From assembly GCA_008632985.1 (NCBI GenBank), contig QPGO01000135.1, positions 62,001 to 126,000 on the forward strand: a DNA stretch of 64,000 nucleotides, written 5' to 3'. The notes beneath the pieces were generated by a model. The model was not told the origin of the DNA and made no database searches. It saw nothing but the letters and a program-made list of their open reading frames with translations. Made by a program: the position numbers and the translations under genes. The stretch is from Psammoneis japonica. Its lineage: Eukaryota. Positions within the stretch are counted from its first letter, which is position 1. The number at the start of each line of letters is the position of its first letter. This document shows positions 36,690-48,231 of the stretch, in pieces.

Positions 36690-38545
36690 AGTCGTGTTTT
36701 CTGCAACACGCTTCTGCAGGATCAGTGTCGCTATGGACAGCCACAGACGCAGGAAAGTGGCATCATCGGCAGCCACGGCAGGGATGCCTGCTGCAGCAGT
36801 CTTCCTTCTCCCTTGTCTCCATCCCTCCTGCCCTTCCCTTCTCTGGTGAATTTGTCAAATGGGTCCAGTCTTCACCCAAATGGGAACCTGCCTTGTTTTG
36901 TGATCTGCCTTTGGTTGGACGTCAGCTGTTGGTGGGGTCTTTCTGGTGGATTGTGCTGGTCCAGCATTTGGATTTCACCCTTCGTCTTGCCATGCAGAAG
37001 TGCACGGCTTCCTTTTGGTGGTGCAATTCCTCCTTCGTGTGATGGAATTCTGCAACTGGATCTTCCCACTTGACGTTGACTGTCACTGTGACAACTCTTC
37101 CTTGGTGCGCAACATCAAGAACTTCAAGGCCTTGCCCCCACATCCTGATGATGTTGACAAGGTTCATCATGAACATGATTGTTGGCTGTGGCACCATGTT
37201 TCCAACACCTTGGCTCCTGATTGGGATGCCCTCCATGAATTTTTTGTCTCCATGAAGCAGGTGCATGACCTGCAAAACGACGGCTTGTCTGGCACACCAG
37301 CACAACTCACCTGGGTTAAAGGGCATCAAGACGATGCCATCCCATGCAAAAACTCATCCCTTCCAACCAAGCTGAAAGTTCATGCAGATGAGTTGGCCAC
37401 CCAATTCCAAGGCATGCACAATGGTGACACCTCCACTGTTCCTTGCATGCCCAACTGCTCCACATTGCTGAACATTTGAGAGGGCTCCCTCACCTCCAAA
37501 TTCAAGACAGTCCTTCGATGCGAAGCATCCAGCCCAGCCCTTGTGCAGCGTGTGAAAGACAAACGCGGGTGGACCGATGCTGTGCTTCAGTCGATCGATT
37601 GGCGAGTGCATTCAAAGCTCATGTCTCGGAACATTGGGCACCAGGTGAGCACCGTCAAATTGGTTCAGGATCTTCTTCCAATGAATGAAATTGTGTGCCG
37701 GTGCAATCCCACACATCCAGATTGTTGTGTTCATTGTCAACACCCTTCAGAGGATCAAGATCACATCCTTCGTTGCCCTCACAATGAGGCTTGGAGACGC
37801 AAATTTCTACAAGGTCTTGGGAGGAAATGCAATGATGTCAACGCTTCTCCGGCTTTGTGGGACATGCTCCTGTGCTCTTCAGAAGGATGGTTTTGAGAGG
37901 AAATGCCACACATTGAGGAAATCCATTGCAGCGCTCAATCAGCATTTCGCTCTCAAGAAAGCATTGGTTGGAGACACGTTTTTGGCGGTGGGTTTTCCAC
38001 TTCATGGAGTGCAACACAGCAGTCACACCTGTTGGCTGCTGGTGGTTTTCACTCCTTGTCAGATGGGGAGAAGCAACTTGACTGGGCGGCAACTGTCGGC
38101 GGTTTTGTGTGGTCACAGTGGTGGGAATTGTGGGACTTGCACAATGATGCCGTGCATGGGCATGACTCGGAAACACAGAAATCTTTGCAACGACAAGACG
38201 CAGAAGCTGCCATGTGGGAAATGTGTTCCAGGGCAGATGAGCACTTGGCCAAAGACAGGTTGCAACTTCTTGATTCGGCAGATGAGCATTTCACTCACTC
38301 TGCTCATCAGATGCAAAATTGGCAGGCATGCGTTCTGTTGCCAGCTGCTTCATTTGGCATCATCTTCAGGTGATGCCGTTGCAGGCCAATGGTTGCATGC
38401 TCCTGCCGCACAGTGTGTGTTGGGGGTGTGGGTTGGCTTGTTGCCGGAGTTGCAGGGTGGAAGCATGGCAGCACTTAAAACACAGATGTTGGGTTTCCTT
38501 TTGTTGTCAAGCCCTGGAAATGTTTGGCGATGCCAACAAACAGCA

Positions 38546-40143
38546 GATGCATTCCAGCCCCAGGCGGGACTCCGTGTGACATTGGGCCCACAGAACTCTG
38601 CGTGCGAGCTTTGCAGCACGAGAACTCAAGTGGGCGCACCGGAGTTTTTGGCCCGTTCACTTTCTACGTGGCCTGGTGCAACCCACATCTGTGCAGATTC
38701 AGTGCATTTTGCCCTGCAGAACAGTTTTTGGGAGTGTTTTCTGGCTCACGGCTCAAAACAACATGCAAAACAACACGGACAATGGTGTTTCACTGATTTG
38801 AAAAATGCGATTGTCTCTGAGGTTGGAATCTGTGCACTCTCAACGGAATTTGGCACGTCACATCACAAGATGGGAGATGAGCTTGAGAATGTCCAGGTTC
38901 ATGTGGGCAGATCATGGTGAAATTTTGAACTGAAAATTGGTGTTGACACCACCGGTTTTGTTGCATCAACACGCAACTCATGCATCACCATTCATGCTGT
39001 GCATTTCGTTGAGCACTTGCACGTTCACATTCGTTCAACTGACACACATGTTGTCTTTCCTCATTGTTGTTTTGTTCTGCAGGGTCTCCCTTGCCATGAG
39101 CCATCCCTGAGAGACAAATGCTTGCTTTGAGTGTCACTTCTGCTTTGCAATGGCCATGGCAGTCTGACGACAAGTCCAAGTCACAGATGCAGCATCAGGA
39201 TGACTTCATGAACCGCGGCAATTGTGAAGGGCTGGATTGTTTCTTTGTTCTATGAGGTGGTTTACAAGCTGGAAATGTGTGACTTGATTGCCTGCATTGT
39301 CAGCCAATGCAACAAATTTAGAGGTGACAGGCAATGCACCATGCACAAACAATGAACCAAGCCTCAAAAGCACAGCAGGCCAGCCAGAGAGTTTACGCCA
39401 ATGGGAAGAACTGGCTTTGCTGTTTGTCACAGGACAGCAGATTTTGTTTCATTGGGGCAACAAGTCTCCATCATTGCTCTAGAGTGACCAGCATTGGTTT
39501 GGCCACTGCAGCCTTCATGCATGCCTGCCTCTTGACAATCTGTTTTGTTCTGAGATTGTGCAACAAAAACCTTTGTTTACAATGTTCCATCATGAGAGAG
39601 AGCTTTTCAGCTTTCCTTGGCCCTTTGGAGTGATCAGGTGAGTGAAAGAGGAGCCAACAGAAAGACACTGATGAAGACAATGAACAACACCATTTTGATG
39701 CACTGTCGTCTGGTGGTGTCATTGATGGAGTGCCGTGCTTTCTGTTTTGCACCGCTGCTGTGTGGGAATGTGCGTGCTTGGCTCTCGGGTGGTTCCTGCG
39801 CAAAAAGTGCACCAGGCTGTCTCCGGACCGCCCTCTCAATTGATGGACACATTTGTCTTCAACATCAAATGAACGGCCAAGTTTGTGGTGCAATTGTGCC
39901 TCTTGCCAGTCAACATTTTTGCAAATTTGCCTGCCCCACGCGACTCTCAAGACATTGTAGAATCGTGCTGCAACAAAAAATGTCAAAAGTTTGTGGATGG
40001 ATCACTCAACAAGTGTGCCATCAAATGACACAAAATATCAAAAAATCATGTGGAAATCTGTGTGCACGACATGCAACGTGATTCAAAAACCATCAATGTC
40101 ACAGTTCAGCAGTGCGAGGTGCCACCCAGACCTGGAAGGCGCC
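38546..40143. mobile_element. MITE split by a nested 1.2-kb element
   Basis: Left part 38546-38631, right part 39834-40143; TSD AGCA; same right junction recurs at 62836. Confidence 0.8.
38632..39833. mobile_element. Degenerate TIR DNA transposon, possibly Merlin/IS1595-like
   Basis: Imperfect TIR gggcgcaccggag and ctccggaccgccc; candidate 8-bp TSD actcaagt/tctcaatt (6/8); no clear transposase motif left. Confidence 0.45.
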
Positions 40144-41902
40144 AGCAGTTCAAGAATGCCGCCCTTGAAGCCAGCGACGACTCTTCTGTTGTTTCAGACC
40201 TGGCAGCTCCTCTCTGAAGTGTCTTCATTGCTTTGCTGCACTCTCTGTCTGCATCTTTCACAGTGCACTTCATTTCTGCATTTTGTTTCTCTCTTTCAGT
40301 TTTGCAAACATTCGCCAAAGTTCGCCCCGCGCTTGGGCTGAGCTCTGCACTTTGCCCATTTCCCATTTCCCAAATCTTTTTCCCTTCTTAGCTTTGCTTT
40401 CCCTTCAGCCTCACCTTTTGGCCTTTGCCCGCTGTCCACTGCCCAAACCCAGTCAAATTGACGCACAATTTTTTGTTTGGTGGTGTCATGTTTTTTGTCA
40501 GTTTGTCTGTGGGTGTGTCATTTCCATGCTGACCTGACATTGATTTTTGTGCTTGGCAGTGTCATGTTGTCCGTGCTCCCCTTTCCCATTTCGTTTTCCC
40601 CGCTCCCATTTGTCATGTGAGGGGAGGCTTGATCATCTGGGCTGCCCGGTTGTTTCAGCGTTCAAGTGCCAAGCATGGCAGCGGCCATCGAGGCTGGCCA
40701 AATGATGGTCGTCATTGCTGACAGGATTTGAACAAGATTTCAGTTTGTCGCACACAATCATGTGTGCTCTTGGCTCCGGGCACACCGCATGATGCAAATT
40801 GCTTTCCAGCCACATGGCTCACAAGAACAACAACAGTGGCGCCGACATCACGACACCAGTCTTTCGGCTCCTGCAACAGTCTCTGCACGGAGACTCACCC
40901 GCCAATCAGACAGCAGTGAGGAGTCGCTGTTTTCTTCCACCCAGTCATCTTCAATTTCTGTCAGATCAACAGCCTTGCTCATTCTTGTCCACTGAGCATT
41001 CATCATTGTCATCGAGAAATTTTTTGATGGCGCACACAGCTGGCAGTGGAAGCACACATCTGTCTTCTTCGTTGCTGGATGCTGGATTAAATCCACACAT
41101 TTGGTTTTGTCCAACACCTCCCATCATTGCATGTGTTTGTTCAATGGATGTTTGTTTGGTCAGGAATTCCCGAATTCTCAGAAATCTGAGATTCTGGATT
41201 CTCCGCAGTGGATTCTGCCCTGGTTGGCAGACAGACCAATCCATCCGCTCATGCTCATGTGCGCACGACATGAGCTCTTGACTCTGGCCCTGCTTCGCAC
41301 ATGCCAAGTCCACTGCCTCGAATCTGTGCCAGATTGCTGGTCTTCTGCAGTCCTGCAATTTCCGCGAAGACAACTGCGAGAGGAAGCAATTCGTGATTGC
41401 AGCCTGTGTTGGGGTGAGGGTGCAGTTCCCGTGTTTGTTCGTCCCTCCAAAGTGCCAAATTTGGCCGGCCTGATCGGGTCATCCAACCGACACAAAATGA
41501 GAACGGTTCAGGGGTCTTGTCCACCTCCAGCTGGCTTGTCAGAAGGGGTTTTTAACCCGTTGCTCCACTCTCAAGCAACCCAAAGCATCGCCAGCTGCGG
41601 GTTCGGATGTGCCGGCACAACTCTGCACACCGGATGGGAAGCTTGGCACTCAACTGCGAACGGGATGTCATGGCCCGGCAGCTTCTGACTTGCAAGATGG
41701 TTCAAGACTTCAAGTCAAGACTCAAGCCAAGTTTCAAGTTGTTTCAAGCTCACCTTCCGACTCTTGCCAGTCCCGACACTCACCCAGTTGCAACATGGTT
41801 CTGACCAGACAGCAACAAATTGATGGCCTTGAGCACATCCTTGGTGCTGTTCTGAATCAAGCCGCAGACAGTCCACTGCGCTCTGCTCTCAACATTGACG
41901 GA

Positions 41903-42259
41903 GATGGGTTCCAGCCCCAGGTGGGACTCCATGTGACATTGGGCCCGCAGAATTCTACGTGCGAGCTCCGCAGCAAATTTACACTGTGATGAAAATGCAC
42001 ATGATCACCAACAGAAAAAGAGGCAATTTTATGAACGCATCTCCTCCTTCATGCTTGGAGCACATCATTGACATTTTGCCCAGGCACATTCTTCAGACAT
42101 TCAAGAATGCACCCAGATCATTTTTATTCTCATGAGTGCGAAACAATTTTGTAGAACACAACATGCAGAAATGCACGTGCACGACATGCAACGCGATCCA
42201 AAAAACTGTTGATGTCACAGTGCAGCAGTGCGAGGTCCCACCCAGAGCTGGAGCACATC
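41903..42259. mobile_element. MITE
   Basis: TIR family; TSD CGGA. Confidence 0.88.
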
Positions 42260-42465
42260 CGGAACTGACTCGCATCAGGACCTCTTTGCTTTTACTCCGA
42301 TGCAGCTGGATGCCCTTGTTTGCATCAACGGCACCAATCAAATGCCCTTGCCACGTGGCTGCAAAGCACAGACAGCTGCGCTGATTGGCCTGCACACGGC
42401 AAAAGTGTGCGGCAGCACCAATGTCAGCAACAACCCCCAATTGTTCACACACGAGGAGTTCACCG

Positions 42466-42906
42466 TGACCCATGCAGGAACAGGGCATGAGTGCTTGGGC
42501 AGATGTTTGGTGTGTTGTGAAAATTATGAGACTGTTTCACTTAGAGCACAAATGCGCAATGGTGTTCTTTTTTTGAAACCAGAATTCTTGTTGCACAACA
42601 AGTCATTGGAAAGACTTGAGCACAAGTCTTTTGCAACATTTGTTGATGTTGACGCGGAGCCAATCCAAAGGCTCACACTCGGTGCTGTGTGACTCCTACG
42701 CAGTCCCTTCGTGCAAGGCAAGTCTCTTGCACGATGGCCAGTCGTGCCGGTCTCGGTTGCATGGAACTCCTGTAGCCTGTCGCAGGTCTCGTGCCAGGAG
42801 TCGCATTGTCTTGTCACGTGCTTCTGCGGGATCAGCGTCACCACGGACAGCCTGCAGACGCAGGAAAGTGGCATCATCAGCGGCCACGGTGGGGATGCCC
42901 ACTGCA
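42466..42906. mobile_element. Solo LTR of the 33320-36795 family
   Basis: TG...CA; homologous to 33320-33771; 4-bp TSD ACCG/ACTG. Confidence 0.8.
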
Positions 42907-45167
42907 ACTGACTTTCATGTCAGTCCTGAGCATGCAGCGTCCCTCTCCATGGGCACAGCACCTTCTGCCCCCATTCTTGGCTTGTTGCCACCCAAACCAC
43001 ATGACCCCATGCGTGACTTGAAACAAGGCATCAAACGTGACCCACTCACCTTCGCGCTTCTCAAGTCTGACAAACAGTGGCACACGTGGCACACCTCCAT
43101 CATTGCACAGGCCCGCTCCCAGGAAGTTGACTGCACTCTCGATCTGAAGCACAAGCCCTCTGCAGCTGAGGACAAGGCCCTGTTCGACGAACAACAGAAG
43201 CACATGTTCATTGTGTTCGAATGCATCTTGCAGAGTGACAAAGGCAAGGCACTCTTTCGTGAACATGTTGGCTCCTCTGATGCTCAAGCGGTGTGTCATG
43301 ACCAGTCCAAGTGCGCCCTTGCTTCCACTCACGCATCCCTGGAGTCCTCAACCCTTCTTGTGCACCTCACCACTGCTCACCTCGGTGATGGCACCTGGAA
43401 AGGATCCACTCATGCCTTCACACTTCACTGGCACAACCAGCTTCACAAGCACAAAGCTCTCATCCTGGGCACCGACCATTTCTTGGCTGGCCAGAAACAT
43501 GTCATGCTTGAGAACTCCGTTCACCCTGTCAAAGAACTGCACTTGGCAGAGAAAATCAGGCCAATCAGAAGGGCCTTTCTTGTGAGCAGTGCCATGGACT
43601 CCTGCTTTCTGCCGTGGCACAGCATGACAGCACGTTTGCCCCCAAGATGGCTCCTTGTGCTCCGTGCCGTGTGCACGTGCCATCTGCGAACATGACCTGG
43701 CCCCCCCGACGACCCTGATGACAATGCATTCTTTGACATCAACAGTGATGTTGACGTCATCCAAGCTCATGCTGTGCAAACTCGTGGCAACTCCCTCGCC
43801 CGGGAACAATGGCGTCGCATTTCGCTGGACCATCAGCACATTTGGGACACCTTGCCCCAGCCCACCAAGGCCATCATTCTTGACTCGCACACCGCCCACA
43901 CGGGCAACTGCCATAACTTGACGGTGGTCAACCTGCACGACCTCCGCATTGGCAGCGATGGCGATGTCAACTTGTCTGCCAACACTCACGATCTTGCATC
44001 ATGAGCCTTCACACAATCCAATGCTGCAGCCAATGCCAACCCCATTCTGGCTCATCTCACCAGGCGCAAGCCTCTGCCACCCGGCAACTTGCGACGTCTC
44101 CTTGCACCTGAACGGCCTCCTTCCGCCCGTTCTGGAGAGAAACCCTCCGGATCTGTGCCTTCCGTCTGCTCCGACGCGAAGCCCGACGACACTGACATTG
44201 AGATCAATGGTCATGAACACGATCATGTCAAAAACCACAATGTCGTCTGCTCTGCCTCGACCCACAAATCCACTCGCAAAGGCGCCCACGTGAATCGCCT
44301 GTGATGATGTTCATGTCATTGCTTGCACTGGTCGCCAGGTTGACGTCCAAGGTGTTGACAATCACCAGCTGCTCGACACTCCAATTGTCGCTGCTGGTGG
44401 TGTCATCCACACACAATGTGGCCCCGTCATCACCACTCTTCACTGGCACGCCTGCACTGGAAAGGGCAAGACCATGCATTCTTGCGGTCAACTTCTGTGG
44501 CACAAACATGACGTCAACAATCAGCCCATCAAGGTCCCCAATGGTCTGCAGTGCATCACCGCATTGATGGATGTGTCATCCCCATTGACATCAAAGGCGG
44601 CCTTCCACACATTGCCATGCTCCCACACACTGATGCCAAATGGGACACCTTGCCACATGTCATCCTCACAGGTGATGACACTTGGGACCCATCTACCATT
44701 GACCACCAGCTCGCCGACAATGAGATGTGGCATGATGCCGCATCTGACCTCCAGGCCGACCCGACTGCCAACCTCTTTGACAAGTTCGGCAACCATCGCC
44801 ACTGTCATGTCGTCAACAATGCCATGCTTGTGGACTCCGCCCATGATGACCACCTGCTCCCAATGTCCGATTTCTTCTGCAAATGCCATGAGCACGAGAT
44901 CAATCAAAAGGATCCCAACTTTGAGTCTCTGCGCCCTTGTTTTGGCTTTCTTCTGAAGGACACTGTCCACCACACTTTTGATTGCACGACACACAGCATG
45001 CACTTGAAAAAGGTGCACAAGTCGCCCAACCCGGCTCTCAATGTCCACCAACGCAACGAACCCGTTGCCACTGACACAGTGCACTCAGACTCCCCAGCTG
45101 TTGACTCGAGCTGCACCAGTGCCCAGCTCTTTGTTGGCACCAAATCCCTTGTCACGGACGTGAACAG

Positions 45168-45564
45168 GACGCGCTCCAGCTCCAGGTGGGACCTCGTGCT
45201 GCTGCACTGTGACATCAACAATTTTTTTGATCGCGTCGCATGTCGCGCACGTGCATTTCTACGTGTCACATTCTACGAAATTGTTTCATGCTCCCTGTTT
45301 TGCAAAGCCAAAGGCTTTCTATTTTTAACATTTGTGAGAATGAAAATGCACTGGGCACATTCTTTGATGTCTGAAGAACACACCCGGGCAAACTGTCAAT
45401 GATGTGCTCCAAGCATGGAGGAGGAGATGCGTCAGCAAAATTGCCTCTTTTTCTGTTGGCGATCATTTGCATTTTCATTGCAGCACAAATTTGCTACAGA
45501 GCTCACACGTGCAATTTTGTGGGCCCAACGTCACACGGAATCCCACCTGGGACTGGAACCTGTT
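45168..45564. mobile_element. MITE
   Basis: TIR family; diverged TSD ACAG/ATGG; empty site at about 16710. Confidence 0.85.
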
Positions 45565-45847
45565 ATGGAGCCAAGACCGACAAGAATTTGTCAACACACT
45601 TGAAGACAACATTCGCAATCGTGGTGCCCTGCCCAAGCTCATCAGCAACCGTGCTCAAGTTGAGATCAGCAACAAGGTCCTTGGCATCCTCCGTGCCCTC
45701 TTCATCCCCAGTTGGCAGAGCAAGCCTCATCAACAGCACCAGAAGTTTGCTGGACATTGCTGCCAAACTGTGAAGACCATGGCCAACACTGCCATGGATC
45801 GCTTCGGGTCTCCGGCTTGCACCTGGCCACTCGCCCTGATGTGCATG

Positions 45848-46293
45848 TGCAACACACAGCCACTTGTGAGAGCCAATGCATCACAGTGACGTGTTGCAGT
45901 TTAAATGTCACAAAGGTCATGACAAGGGTGACCTTTTGTCTGCATGCATGCTGCGCCATGAATTCATGGCGGTGCAGTTCATTGCGCCACCACAAGGCAG
46001 AAGGCCAGGGGTTCGAAACCCTGAGTGGGAGTTGTCTGCAGCAACGTTGATCACTGTCGAACGTGTGAAACTCTACACAAGTTCTGCACGTTCCTTTGCA
46101 TGCACCCACACTGTTCCATCAAAAACACGTTCAGTGTCTTGTCAATTAGTGAGAGCCGCAAGGACGCGTGACACATGGGGAGGAGTGCAACACACAGCTG
46201 CTTGTAAGAGCCAATGCATCACGGCGACGTGTTGCAGTTTAAATGTCACAAAGGTCGTGACAAAAACAACCTTTTGTCTGTGTGCATGCTGCA
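45848..46293 (+). mobile_element. TRIM (mini LTR element) with internal tRNA-like sequence
   Basis: 108-bp LTRs 45848-45955 and 46186-46293; PPT ggggaggag; 4-bp TSD CATG. Confidence 0.92.
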
Positions 46294-47018
46294 CATGTGC
46301 TTTGTGCTCAGCCACACGGCATCTGCCAAGCTCCACTGGCATGCCCCCACTGAAGTGCTGCCCGGCTCTGCTCCCGACATCAGCCCGCTCCTTCATTTTC
46401 AATGGTGGGAACCCGCACGCTGTCACCTGGATGACTCCGACTGGCTGCCCGAATCCCGTGAATTGTGTGGTTGCTTTGCTGGCATTGCTGAACACATGGG
46501 CCACCAAATGACGTTTAAGATTCTTTCTGATGACACTCAGAATGTTCTCTGCCATTCTAACGTGTGTTCTGCCCGTGATCCGTCTGCTCCAAACCAGCGT
46601 TTTGATCCTCCTGATGAGAAATCTGCTGCACCCGGCATTAAATCCCGGCACGACTCCAAGGATTTGCCAGATTCACCAGATGGGGAGGCAATCAGGATGC
46701 CCAAAACGCCGTTCTTTGACCCCAAGGACATCATTGGATGTGCCTTCCTCATGAAGCCACAAGAGGATGGACAGTGCCACAGAGCCTGCATCATCAAAGC
46801 CATTGAGATCATGACTGGAAAATTGGAGGCAATCTTGAACTGGTCAAGTTCATTTGCTCCATCGACAATGACGAATGTGAGGAAGTCCCAGCCTGCAACA
46901 ACGTCATGCACCACATCAAGCAAGAAGAGGAGGACACCACCCTCTGGAAGTTCTGATGCATCGCATCACACGAAGGACCATTGCGACCCCATGATCCCTC
47001 CTGGAAAGGCTCAAGCCA

Positions 47019-47296
47019 TGACAGGATTTGAACAGGATTTAGGTGCGCGCGACATGTTGCGCGCTGTTTAGTTTGCCGCACACAGTTTTGTGTGCTCTTT
47101 AGTTCCACGCGTACGCGCGCGATGTGGTTTGCTTTCGAGCCACACGGCTAACAAGAATGATGACAGTGGCCCAATCACACCGACTTGCACGTCTTTTGGC
47201 TCCTGCAACGGTCTCTGAGCGGAGACTCATCTGCTGTTTAGACAGCAGCAAGGAGTCATTGTTTGAATTCTTGCCATTTGCCTTCAATTTCTGTCA
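47019..47296 (+). repeat. 5' LTR of copia C
   Basis: Direct repeat of 53518-53795. Confidence 0.95.
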
Positions 47297-48231
47297 GATT
47301 GACAGTCTTGCTCATTGTCAACCCATTGAGCAACCGCCATCGTCGTGTTGATTTTCCGATGACACCATTTCAATTCTGCGTGGACCTCCGCACATGTTCT
47401 ACATGCGTTGGCAAGTCCCGTGGCATTCAATGCCAGGCATCGGCAGGAATTTAACGCAACCGTCCAGTCTCCTTGCTGCTGGATGTCTGGATTGATTGTG
47501 CTGCCTTTTTCGCTGAAGACATGCATTCAACGGTTGCATCCAAGTCCACCCTTGATCCTCATCCCTTGACACACCCATTCAACGGTTAACGGTCAAGAAC
47601 CCTGCACATTCAAGGATCTTTGTGGCTGAAGACATGTGCATGTGCACATCTTCACGGCCAAGGACTTGAACCCACTCTTTGGACTGCGGCTTTGCCACCA
47701 CTCTACAAGCACGCTGAGTCTGTTGTGCCTGATCTACCCCGGACTGCTGGTGCTCCACAGTTCTGCCAGGTCCACAAGGATGACTGTGAGAGCAAGCAGC
47801 CGTGATTACAGCCTGCTTTGGGGCGAGGGTGTTTTCCCGCGTTTGTTCGTTCGTCCACAGCGCCTGATGCCTGCATCAACTGGCCAGCCTGATCGGGAAA
47901 TCCAACCGACACAAAACAAGAACGGTTCGGGGGTCTTGTCCACCTCTAGTCAGCTCACCTGCAGGGGTTTACAACCCGCTGCTCTGCTCGCAAGCAACCC
48001 AAAGCGCCACCAGCTGCGGGTTCGGACGTGCCGGCACAACTCTGCGGACCGGATGGGAAGTTTAGCACTTGACAACGAACGGGATGCCACAGCCTGGCGA
48101 CTTCTGATTTTAAGATAGTTCAAGACCTCAAGTCAAGTCTGTTTCAAGTCAAGTCCATTTTCACTCAAGTTTCAAGTCTGCCTCCACATCCCAACAAGAA
48201 TCGCTTGCCCTGACACCGTCATTTGTCTACC

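Larger units (their letters stand above)
33320..36795 (-). mobile_element. Non-autonomous gypsy-related LTR element
   Basis: LTRs 33320-33771 and 36023-36795 (TG...CA); 4-bp TSD GCAG; empty site at 59631-59650; integrase remnant (ELDEDDPW, TPMQLVFGRD) at about 34448-34660. Confidence 0.85.
32230..38380 (+). pseudogene. Non-LTR retrotransposon ORF2 C-terminal half (RT tail, RNase H, Zn finger; Ambal-like), interrupted by 33320-36795
   Basis: TSLGHCKSPAG, LFGPCALGGGGF, LPHSKSKW, HCDNSSLV, WVKGHQDD, VHADELA, SIDW, C..C....EDQDHILRC, QESIGW, WELWDLHN motifs. Confidence 0.8.
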
